A stretch of DNA of 32,000 nt from contig NZ_CP013213.1 in the NCBI RefSeq assembly GCF_001545095.1, forward strand, positions 2,190,001-2,222,000. Reading direction: 5' to 3'. Under the pieces are notes generated by a model that saw nothing but the letters and a program-made list of their open reading frames with translations, was not told where the DNA came from and did no database searches. Shown in pieces: positions 1 to 7,208 of this stretch; within the stretch, counting starts at the first letter, position 1; each line of letters begins with the position of its first letter. The position numbers and the translations under genes were made by a program. The DNA comes from Erysipelothrix larvae. GTDB taxonomy: Bacteria > Bacillota_I > Bacilli_A > Erysipelotrichales > Erysipelotrichaceae.

Positions 1-1251
1 AGATGCCCCTGCTTCATTCACAATGACATAGTATACAGTTTCTTTAACTGTTTTGAGTATTTCAGATACAAAGAGTTCTGATTCACGACTTGCGGTACCA
101 TTTCCAATTGCAACAAGGTCTACATTGTAATGTTCAATGAGTTTCTTGAAGTGTGATTTGGCTTCTTCTTGTTTGTGTTTTGGAGCTGGAGGGTGTGGGT
201 AAATGACATCAATACCCAATACCTTTCCTGTTGCATCTACAATCGCAAGCTTGCATCCGGTACGGTATGCAGGGTCAAATCCTAATACTGTTTTCCCTTT
301 AAGTGGGGGTTGAAGTAATAGGTTTCTTAGGTTTTCACCAAAGATATTAATCGCTTGTTCGTGCGCTTTTTCAGTCAGTTCTTTACGAAGCTCACGCTCA
401 ATTGCTGGTTTAATAAATCGTTTGTATGCATCTTCATAAGCATTCACTACCATTTCCATAACAAAAGATTGGAAGTTGGTTCCGATAATTCGTTTGCCAA
501 GATACACATAGATTTGATTGGGATCAATCTCGATGGATACATTGAGGATTTTTTGTTGTTCCCCACGATTGATTGCTAGCACTCGATGGGGTGCGACTGA
601 CTTAACCGGTTGGTTAAATTCGTAGTACATCTCATAAATGCCTTTATCATCCAACGCTTTGTCCTTGACACTTGATACAAGAACACCATTTTTAAATGTT
701 TCTGCACGTACCCATGTACGAATTGCGGCATCATCTGAGATTGTTTCCGCAATGATTTCATGCGCACCTTGTAGTGCTTCTTCGATAGTTGTGACGCCTT
801 TTTCATCATCTAGATAAGCAGTAGCGAGAGTATCAAGTGTTCCTTCTTTAGGGAAGCTTAAAATTGCTTGTGCCAGCGGTTCAAGTCCTTGTTCCTTCGC
901 AATTGTAGCCTTAGTACGGCGTTTAGGACGGTATGGACGATAGATATCTTCCAACTCACGCAAGGTTGTTGCTTTTGAAATGTCATCAACAAGCGCTTGT
1001 GTTAGCATCCCTTGTTGTTCAATTAGACGTGTCACCTCTTCTTTTCGATTCATCACTGATTCAATGGTTGAATAGCGATCAAAGATATCTTTGATCATGA
1101 CTTCATCCATACTTCCCGTCATTTCTTTACGGTAGCGTGCAATAAACGGAATGGTATTGTCCTCAAACAATAAGCTCAAGGTTTGTTCAATATGGTTTCG
1201 TTTTAACGCTGGGTATTCACTGGCTAATTGACTTACTATATCATTGTTCAT
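1..1251 (-). CDS. tex: Tex-like transcription accessory protein, N-terminal 417 codons (gene runs off the window start)
   Basis: Absent from the ORF track because no stop lies in the window. My minus-strand translation from the ATG at 1251..1249 reads MNNDIVSQLASEYPALKRNHIEQTLSLLFEDNTIPFIARYRKEMTGSMDEV...IYRPYRPKRRTKATIAKEQGLEPLA...GFDPAYRTGCKLAIVDATGKVL, which is the Tex N-terminal and YqgF-like signature. An AGAGGA SD overlaps the fhs stop 8 nt upstream. Confidence 0.85.
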   Translation of the reverse strand, partial: MNNDIVSQLASEYPALKRNHIEQTLSLLFEDNTIPFIARYRKEMTGSMDEVMIKDIFDRYSTIESVMNRKEEVTRLIEQQGMLTQALVDDISKATTLRELEDIYRPYRPKRRTKATIAKEQGLEPLAQAILSFPKEGTLDTLATAYLDDEKGVTTIEEALQGAHEIIAETISDDAAIRTWVRAETFKNGVLVSSVKDKALDDKGIYEMYYEFNQPVKSVAPHRVLAINRGEQQKILNVSIEIDPNQIYVYLGKRIIGTNFQSFVMEMVVNAYEDAYKRFIKPAIERELRKELTEKAHEQAINIFGENLRNLLLQPPLKGKTVLGFDPAYRTGCKLAIVDATGKVLGIDVIYPHPPAPKHKQEEAKSHFKKLIEHYNVDLVAIGNGTASRESELFVSEILKTVKETVYYVIVNEAGAS

Positions 1252-1259
1252 AAAATCCT

Positions 1260-2885
1260 CTATCCTTTAATTCCAAATATTGATCCATCATCTTCGAGTC
1301 CAATATAACGTGCATGTGGATCTTTTGGTAATCCAGGCATTGTCATAATCGTTCCACTTAAAGCGACAATAAATCCTGCTCCTTCTGACACTCTGAATTC
1401 CTTAATCGTAATATCAAAGTCTGTCGGGGCACAGAGTGCTTTCGCATCATCTGTGAATGAGTATTGCGTTTTCGCAACACAAACCTGTAAGGTTCCATAA
1501 TTCTTTTGAATTGATTCAAGTTGTTTTGAAGCACGCTCACTCAGTACAACATTGCGTCCACCATAGATTGTTTGCACAATCTTTGTGAGTTTATCAAGAA
1601 TTGAATCATCATCATGATAGGTTCTCACAATGGTTGAATCTTTTGCACAGTATTCTACGACTTTGCGTCCCAGTTCTAATGCACCTTCGCCCCCTTTGGA
1701 AAACACTTCACTGACCACCAGTTCAATGCCATGTTGTGCAAGGTGTGTCGTTAAGGCTTCGATTTCTTGGTCGGTATCCGTTGGGAATCGATTGAGTGCA
1801 ACAAGCACTGGCATTCCAAAACTTGATAACCCGTCAATGTGACGTTTTAGATTTGGAAAACCTGCAATCATCGCTTCAATGTTCTCTTCGTTAAGCTCAC
1901 GTACTTTAATTCCACCTTGATACTTCAACGAGCGAATGGTTGCGACTAAGACTGCTAATTTCGGTGTAAGTCCTGCTTGGCGTGTCTTAATGTTCATGAA
2001 TTTTTCAGCACCCAAGTCTGAACCAAAACCTGCTTCTGTGAGTACATAATCACTGATGCTTAAGGCCATTTTGGTTGCGACCACTGAGTTACACCCATGG
2101 GCGATATTCGCAAATGGACCCCCATGTATAATCGCTGGCGTGTATTCTGTTGTTTGTACTAAGTTTGGTTTAAATGCATCCTTGAGTAAGGCCATCATCG
2201 CACCCACCACTTCAAGATCTTTTGCATGAATTGGTGTACCATCCAGACTGTATGCAACAAGCATGTTGCCAAGGCGTGTTTCTAAATCCTTAAGATCACT
2301 GGCAAGGCAAAATACAGCCATAACTTCAGATGCTACTGTGATATCAAAGGATTCTTTATGTTCGGGTGCCTTTTTATCATCTTGATTGATGGTGATATTT
2401 CTCAATGCACGATCATTCATATCAACCGCACGACGCCACACAATATTATTCGGATCGATGTTTAAAGCATTCCCATGCCAAATATGATTGTCGATGATTG
2501 CGGAAAGTAAATTGTTTGCGCTTGTAATCGCATGTAAATCACCGGTGAAATGTAAGTTAATATCATCCATCGGTAATACTTGAGCTTTTCCACCCCCTGT
2601 AGCACCACCCTTCATGCCAAAGTTTGGTCCTAAGGATGGTTCTCTCAGTGCAGATATTGCCTTAAACCCCAATTTGTTTAAAGCCATCGATAGCCCAACA
2701 TTAGTGGTTGTTTTTCCTTCACCTGCAGGTGTTGGGCTTACAGCGCTGATCAATACTAAGTTTCCTTTTGGATTGTCATCAATTAAAGACAAGTCGAGTT
2801 TTGCTTTGTATTTCCCATACAAATCCATCTGCGATTCTTGAATCTGTAAGGATTTCGCAATTTCTTGAATCGGTTTAAGTTCCAT
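1260..2885 (-). CDS. fhs: formate--tetrahydrofolate ligase
   Basis: 541-aa ORF with the P-loop SPTPAGEGKTTT and full-length resemblance to Fhs. A GGAGGG SD precedes it. Its ATG overlaps the folT stop (TAATG). Confidence 0.95.
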   Translation of the reverse strand: MELKPIQEIAKSLQIQESQMDLYGKYKAKLDLSLIDDNPKGNLVLISAVSPTPAGEGKTTTNVGLSMALNKLGFKAISALREPSLGPNFGMKGGATGGGKAQVLPMDDINLHFTGDLHAITSANNLLSAIIDNHIWHGNALNIDPNNIVWRRAVDMNDRALRNITINQDDKKAPEHKESFDITVASEVMAVFCLASDLKDLETRLGNMLVAYSLDGTPIHAKDLEVVGAMMALLKDAFKPNLVQTTEYTPAIIHGGPFANIAHGCNSVVATKMALSISDYVLTEAGFGSDLGAEKFMNIKTRQAGLTPKLAVLVATIRSLKYQGGIKVRELNEENIEAMIAGFPNLKRHIDGLSSFGMPVLVALNRFPTDTDQEIEALTTHLAQHGIELVVSEVFSKGGEGALELGRKVVEYCAKDSTIVRTYHDDDSILDKLTKIVQTIYGGRNVVLSERASKQLESIQKNYGTLQVCVAKTQYSFTDDAKALCAPTDFDITIKEFRVSEGAGFIVALSGTIMTMPGLPKDPHARYIGLEDDGSIFGIKG

Positions 2886-3391
2886 TAATAGCCCTCCTGC
2901 TTAAATACCCCTTGTTCAAATGCCTTCATTAGTGGAATCAGAATCACAATGCGCACCGCAAGGTTAACAAAGATTCCTGGTAATCGACTGATTAACATTA
3001 CCCCAAATGGTTGTTCATAAAGGAGTGTTAACCAATATGTCGTCATTCCCATTCCAACAATAACAGTGATCGATAATAAAATAACTGAAAGTCGTAACCA
3101 ATCTCCTGGATGACCTTTCATCATACCAAATAGAAAGCCTGTTACACCTTCAGATAACGTAAAACCGATATTAAATTGTGCTGCTTCAGGGAATAGCATA
3201 AATCCTAAAACGTCTGCTATCATGGCTACACTTGCACTAACCCCTGGTCCAAACATCATTCCACATACAGCATAGACAACAAATGTCATGCTGATACGCA
3301 TTGATTGTGATGGCGTAATGCGTAAAAACCGCGTAAAAACGATACTGAGCGCTATAAAAAGCGCCATATATACTAGAGTCTTCGTCTTCAT
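2885..3391 (-). CDS. folT: ECF transporter S component, folate family (FolT-like)
   Basis: Small polytopic membrane protein. I prefer the start at MKTKTLVYMALFIALSIVF (ATG 3391..3389), which follows a GAAAGAGGA SD. It sits directly behind a THF riboswitch and is translationally coupled to fhs. Confidence 0.8.
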   Translation of the reverse strand: MKTKTLVYMALFIALSIVFTRFLRITPSQSMRISMTFVVYAVCGMMFGPGVSASVAMIADVLGFMLFPEAAQFNIGFTLSEGVTGFLFGMMKGHPGDWLRLSVILLSITVIVGMGMTTYWLTLLYEQPFGVMLISRLPGIFVNLAVRIVILIPLMKAFEQGVFKQEGY

Positions 3392-3397
3392 AGTATG

Positions 3398-3432
3398 TCC
3401 TCTTTCTAAATTAGCAAGCATATAGAAAGAAA
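3398..3432 (-). promoter_or_regulatory. SD-sequestering hairpin (expression platform of the THF riboswitch)
   Basis: Minus-strand RNA UUCUUUCUA (3431..3423) can pair over 9 bp (one G-U) with UAGAAAGAG (3408..3400), which is part of the folT SD. No U-tract follows, so control is probably translational. Confidence 0.4.
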
Positions 3433-3435
3433 TAA

Positions 3436-3528
3436 TGCAACGGATGCAATCGACATATCGCACTTAAAGCTTCGTCCAGCGGCAACATCCCATCCACTAG
3501 CACTTAACGCATGTCGTCTACTTTGCTT
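3436..3528 (-). promoter_or_regulatory. THF (tetrahydrofolate) riboswitch aptamer
   Basis: The minus strand reads GCAAAGUAGACGACAUGCGUUAAGUGCUAGUGGAUGGGAUGUUGCCGCUGGACGAAGCUUUAAGUGCGAUAUGUCGAUUGCAUCCGUUGC. This matches the conserved THF-I blocks (AGUAGA, GCGUUAAGUG, AUGGGAUGU, ACGAAGC, UUGCAUCCG) in the order I recall from the crystallised Eubacterium siraeum aptamer. P1 is GCAA/UUGC. It lies upstream of folT. Confidence 0.9.
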
Positions 3529-3567
3529 GATAATACATGAATAGAATACCAACTTATCGCGCTAAAA

Positions 3568-4395
3568 TCAACGGCTACGAATACCTTCAAGCCAGTTTCG
3601 ACCACTAATCGCAAGTCGCTCCAACCATTTTTTCTTATCGTTTCGATTCTCGCCGCGATAAAATGAAATGTTTAAACAATACCCTGCATAAACAATCCAT
3701 GAAATCATATATACAGAAATGAGTAGAATCATGATAGAGGCCATCGGACCATAGATTGATTGATAGTTTGTATAATCGTTAATGTATGAAAAGAACAGTT
3801 TTCCCAGTGCAAGAAGACCTCCTCCAGCAAATACGCCGCCAATCCATACATCTTGAAAGGTTGTGAATCGAAAGGACATCATGCGATAAAAAATCATCAA
3901 CAAGATGGAAGCAACCGCAAAATAGGTTATGATTGGAATAATTGGTAATGAGAAATAAGATAGGACAAATACGACGGCGCCTACTAAAAGGATAAAAAAC
4001 ACAAGGTAAAGCAGGGCCGCAACTCTTAGGACAAAGTTCTCAATCCCCACTGAGTCCACCCGACTGCTTTCAAGTAAAAAAGAATAGACAGTACGGGATG
4101 CGACCCAAAGTGAAACCACTGCAAGGGATGCAATCACTACAATATCCCCCGTTTCAACAGTTTTTATATAGGTCACAAATGGGATGATTAAATCTTCTGG
4201 AATATAATAACTCATGAAATTCACAATTGTATCGACATTAAACCAAAAGCGACTTGCGAGTAATACCGCTACAATTAAAAATGGAGCAATTCCAATAATT
4301 AGGGAATATGCAAATGCATAGGTAAAAAGACGACCTTCGTGTGATGTCACCATTTTGTATGCATAGATAATTCTTCTCATAAATTTACGAAACAT
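3568..4395 (-). CDS. YihY/BrkB-family integral membrane protein
   Basis: 275-aa ORF with about 6 TM segments. The N-terminus (RLFTYAFAYSLIIGIAPFLIVAVLL) is typical of the YihY family. An AAGAGG SD precedes it. Confidence 0.75.
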   Translation of the reverse strand: MFRKFMRRIIYAYKMVTSHEGRLFTYAFAYSLIIGIAPFLIVAVLLASRFWFNVDTIVNFMSYYIPEDLIIPFVTYIKTVETGDIVVIASLAVVSLWVASRTVYSFLLESSRVDSVGIENFVLRVAALLYLVFFILLVGAVVFVLSYFSLPIIPIITYFAVASILLMIFYRMMSFRFTTFQDVWIGGVFAGGGLLALGKLFFSYINDYTNYQSIYGPMASIMILLISVYMISWIVYAGYCLNISFYRGENRNDKKKWLERLAISGRNWLEGIRSR

Positions 4396-4471
4396 TAGTA
4401 AAACCTCTTATTCAATCTCAATTATACCATAAATCATGTTTAGAGCGATTATATCCACTTATTCCTAAGCA

Positions 4472-4498
4472 CACAAAAAATGCGCAGTGCGCGCATTT
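4472..4498 (-). terminator. rho-independent terminator downstream of the EIIA gene
   Basis: Minus RNA AUGCGC-GCACU-GCGCAU followed by UUUUUGUGUG. Confidence 0.7.
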
Positions 4499-4521
4499 CT
4501 TGTTTTTATGGGTAACCTTCC

Positions 4522-4998
4522 CTATCCTTTTTGAGTAATGACAAGTGTATCGGGTGTTACGGATTCACCGATAACTGAGGTTACGATTTCAATATCCGTT
4601 TTGTTTAAAACAATGAGCGGAGTGATTGTTGGTATTCCTTTTGATCTAAACAACTCTAAATCAGCTTTTATAATTGGAGTGCCTTTTTTTACTGAAGCAT
4701 CTTGTTTCACAAGCACCTCAAAACCTTCACCATTTAGGTTCACAGTATCCATACCAATATGAACTAGGATTTCAGTTCCATCATTAAGTGTCAACCCAAA
4801 GGCATGTTTAGTTGGTGCAATCATGGTGATTTTTCCATCAGCTGGCGCAACATAGATATTGGTTTGGGGTTCAAAGGCAATGCCTTCACCCATCATCTTC
4901 TGAGCAAATACAGGATCAGGTACATTTTCTAAAGCAACTGCTTTACCAGTAATTGGAGCATACAACTCTAATTTCTTTTTCTTTCCAAAATTAAACAT
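4522..4998 (-). CDS. crr: PTS glucose-family EIIA component (stand-alone)
   Basis: 158-aa ORF with the EIIA-Glc motifs GEGIAFEP, HAFGL and ILVHIGMDTVNLNGEGF. A strong GAAAGAGGAG SD precedes it. Confidence 0.9.
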   Translation of the reverse strand: MFNFGKKKKLELYAPITGKAVALENVPDPVFAQKMMGEGIAFEPQTNIYVAPADGKITMIAPTKHAFGLTLNDGTEILVHIGMDTVNLNGEGFEVLVKQDASVKKGTPIIKADLELFRSKGIPTITPLIVLNKTDIEIVTSVIGESVTPDTLVITQKG

Positions 4999-5020
4999 AA
5001 TTTCTCCTCTTTCTATTTGT

Positions 5021-5072
5021 AAAAAAACATGAGCAAAAAGTGTTCGCTCATGCCTAATTTAATAGTTACATC
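5021..5072 (-). promoter_or_regulatory. RAT-like antiterminator target overlapping an intrinsic terminator (GlcT/BglG-type attenuator)
   Basis: Minus RNA GAUGUAACUAUUAAAUUAGGCAUGAGC (5072..5046) resembles the ptsG-type RAT as I remember it (UGUUACUGAUUCGAUCAGGCAUGAG). Its 3' part CAUGAGC is the 5' arm of the hairpin CAUGAGC-N11-GCUCAUG, which is followed by U7 (5052..5021) immediately before the EIIA SD. Confidence 0.55.
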
Positions 5073-5080
5073 ACACTATT

Positions 5081-5109
5081 AGTTTAGAAAAGTTCGACCA
5101 ATTTGTCAA
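5081..5109 (-). promoter_or_regulatory. sigma-A-type promoter for the EIIA leader
   Basis: Minus strand has TTGACA (5109..5104), a 17-nt spacer and TAAACT (5086..5081). The predicted start lies just 5' of the RAT-like element. Confidence 0.5.
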
Positions 5110-5149
5110 GGTACACTCTCTCAACAATTTACTGAATTATCACATATTT

Positions 5150-5821
5150 TTAAAGCGCTATCAAACGTGCTTTTCTTTCTGGGCTCATTTTCTCCATTGC
5201 ATAACGATATGAAACCCGTGGCATTGTGTCTTGATGCTTCACAAGGTATTCAAATACTGCATCTTCATGTTTAGTGGAAAGGACCTTCAACATCCACCCA
5301 TATCCTTTTAAAACTAAGGGTTCAGTGTCATGCATTAAGGCATCTGATATCTTAAAAGGTTGAATGAAGTTCACATGTCCTTTTCGTATCATTGGAATCA
5401 TAATCACAGCTGCAGCACGTCTTACCCAAAATGCATCGTGGGTCGTCCATAGGCATACCTTGTCAAACAATATCGGGTATTGATTTAAAAGCGATCCAAA
5501 TGCGTGTGTGCAGAAATCATCACAATCTCCCCATCCACTAACATACTGGTTGAGCCATGACTCAAATCGATTAAAATCATCAATCTCGTAGTATTTTCTC
5601 ATGCGATACGCAAAATCATACGCAATCACACCCATTGCCCAATCGTTATGCATCAACAAGGTTTCACAAAGCATAAAGACATGTGCTTTAGATTGATCAT
5701 CTAAGCTTTTAAACAAATCCGCAGCAATCTTTCGGATATCGCCAGTTTTGGGGTGATTTTTTTGAGGTGTTGATGAGACAGTCTCTAACATCTCTTGGAC
5801 TGTGATTACAAATGCATCCAT
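5150..5821 (-). CDS. DNA alkylation repair protein (AlkD/AlkC-like HEAT-repeat family)
   Basis: 223-aa ORF. Its length and helical-repeat pattern (WVRRAAAVIMIPMIRK...LVLKGYGWMLK) resemble the DNA_alkylation family. GGAGGA SD. Confidence 0.65.
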   Translation of the reverse strand: MDAFVITVQEMLETVSSTPQKNHPKTGDIRKIAADLFKSLDDQSKAHVFMLCETLLMHNDWAMGVIAYDFAYRMRKYYEIDDFNRFESWLNQYVSGWGDCDDFCTHAFGSLLNQYPILFDKVCLWTTHDAFWVRRAAAVIMIPMIRKGHVNFIQPFKISDALMHDTEPLVLKGYGWMLKVLSTKHEDAVFEYLVKHQDTMPRVSYRYAMEKMSPERKARLIAL

Positions 5822-5854
5822 GATTCGTCCTCCAATTCCTTCTCAATTATACCA

Positions 5855-5880
5855 AGAAAAAAAGGGATTGAAATCCCTTT
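5855..5880 (-). terminator. rho-independent terminator ending the nrd operon
   Basis: Minus RNA AAAGGGAU-UUCA-AUCCCUUU followed by UUUUCUUGG. The hairpin overlaps the redoxin stop codon. Confidence 0.8.
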
Positions 5881-6136
5881 ATCCAACTTGTAATTCTAAG
5901 AATGTTGACACCTTTGATGGTTGTGTATCAACAAGCACGTCTTCCCCTGAAATCAATACTGGTGTTGACATGATGTCATACTTTGACACATAATCCATAA
6001 ATAAACTTGGATTGTCTTCACGGCGAATCACTTCAATGTGATTTTCATATTTATTGCGAAGTCCAAGCTCTAAATAACTTTTAAGGGCAACACATTTTGG
6101 ACAGTTGTTTTGTGTTAACATAATTACCTTTGACAT
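5879..6136 (-). CDS. glutaredoxin-like small redoxin (NrdH-like position, CPKC active site)
   Basis: 85-aa thioredoxin-fold-sized ORF with CPKC near the N-terminus. It starts 2 nt after the nrdF stop. Confidence 0.65.
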   Translation of the reverse strand: MSKVIMLTQNNCPKCVALKSYLELGLRNKYENHIEVIRREDNPSLFMDYVSKYDIMSTPVLISGEDVLVDTQPSKVSTFLELQVG

Positions 6137-6138
6137 GT

Positions 6139-7200
6139 TTATACCTTAGGTTGATCAAAGATGAAGTCACTGTCTTTTAAGGATTCAGATTTCATCTTTT
6201 GATAACCATTTCCTTTCATTGAGAAGTTATCCATTGTTTTTGTTTCAGTATTCAAGCCATTTAATACCACTGGGTTTACTTCTTCATATTCGAAGAAGGG
6301 ATCAAACCCTAAGTTCATCATGGCTTTGTTTGCATTGTAGCGTACAAAGATCTTCACATCATGTGCCAATTCAACTGGATCATAGATGGTTTCAATCAAT
6401 TCTTTCTCTTCTTCATACAAAGCATTCAAATAGCTTTCAAGCCATGCATAGAGTTCTTTTTGTTTTTCTTCGGAGAAGGATTCATACAATTCGATTGCAA
6501 GGTTTCCCACATACAACCCATGGATGCTTTCATCTCTTAAGATTAAGTTAATGATTTCGCCAGCTTGCATCAATTTCCCTTGACCATAGAAGTATAGCGG
6601 ATAGTAAAACCCACTGTAGAAAAGGCAGGTTTCCAAAAATACACTGGCAACCATTGCTTTCCATTGCGCTTCTTTGTATTCAAGTTCATCAACAAACGCA
6701 AGTTCATAGCGTTTTTGATACGTCATCTTATCCAAGTTTTCATAGTACCCAACAATAAGGGCCATGATGTTTTGAAGGTTTTTGTTTTTCTCACCCCATA
6801 CAAAGAGTTCATCAATTTCATCATTCATCAAATACGTCATGAAGATATTTGAATAACTTTTCGCATGCACAGCATTTTCCATCGCTGCCATGAAGTTTAG
6901 GACGGATTTGCGTTGGTGAAACGATTCATCCATTGAACGGGCCACAACTGGCATTCCGATATCCCCTTGATAGGTATCAAGGAAGGTGAGAACCAGAAGG
7001 TTCAATGAATACGCACGTTTAATCTTTGGATCCAGTACATTCCAGACATTTAAGTCGGGTTGTAAACTAATATCCTCTGGTCTCCAAAACTGACTTAAGT
7101 TTTGGTCATAAAATGTTTGTGTAAAATTATCTTCGTGAGTATTCCAGTTAGCCCCTGTATAATCACGATCTGCTCTTACTGCTTGAATTGTCTTTGGCAT
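6139..7200 (-). CDS. nrdF: class Ib ribonucleotide reductase beta subunit
   Basis: Ferritin-like RNR2 motifs (ESIHG..Y, radical-site region [17 protein letters not shown]). I prefer the start at MPKTIQAV (ATG 7200..7198), which follows an AGGAGGA SD. Confidence 0.95.
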   Translation of the reverse strand: MPKTIQAVRADRDYTGANWNTHEDNFTQTFYDQNLSQFWRPEDISLQPDLNVWNVLDPKIKRAYSLNLLVLTFLDTYQGDIGMPVVARSMDESFHQRKSVLNFMAAMENAVHAKSYSNIFMTYLMNDEIDELFVWGEKNKNLQNIMALIVGYYENLDKMTYQKRYELAFVDELEYKEAQWKAMVASVFLETCLFYSGFYYPLYFYGQGKLMQAGEIINLILRDESIHGLYVGNLAIELYESFSEEKQKELYAWLESYLNALYEEEKELIETIYDPVELAHDVKIFVRYNANKAMMNLGFDPFFEYEEVNPVVLNGLNTETKTMDNFSMKGNGYQKMKSESLKDSDFIFDQPKV

Positions 7201-7208
7201 AAATCCTC

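Noticed and set aside
355-809. Track ORFs 355-579 (+) and 576-809 (-).
   Set aside because: Both fall inside the open Tex reading frame on the minus strand in another frame. The Tex frame is open from 1251 to the window start and gives a recognisable protein.
3392-3463. N-terminal extensions of track ORFs: folT to 3463, nrdF to 7230, chorismate mutase to 16607, ABC protein to 29263.
   Set aside because: In each case an internal ATG is preceded at proper spacing by a strong SD, and the extension has no SD. The folT extension would run into the riboswitch expression platform, and the nrdF extension would overlap the nrdE 3' end.
4446-4458. DnaA-box-like strings (for example TATATCCACT at about 4450 and TTATCCAAC at about 5878) and a cre-like TGAAAGCGGAATTT at about 9763.
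   Set aside because: Each has at least 2 mismatches to the consensus (TTATCCACA for DnaA boxes, TGWAANCGNTNWCA for cre). They are isolated and not in a meaningful position.
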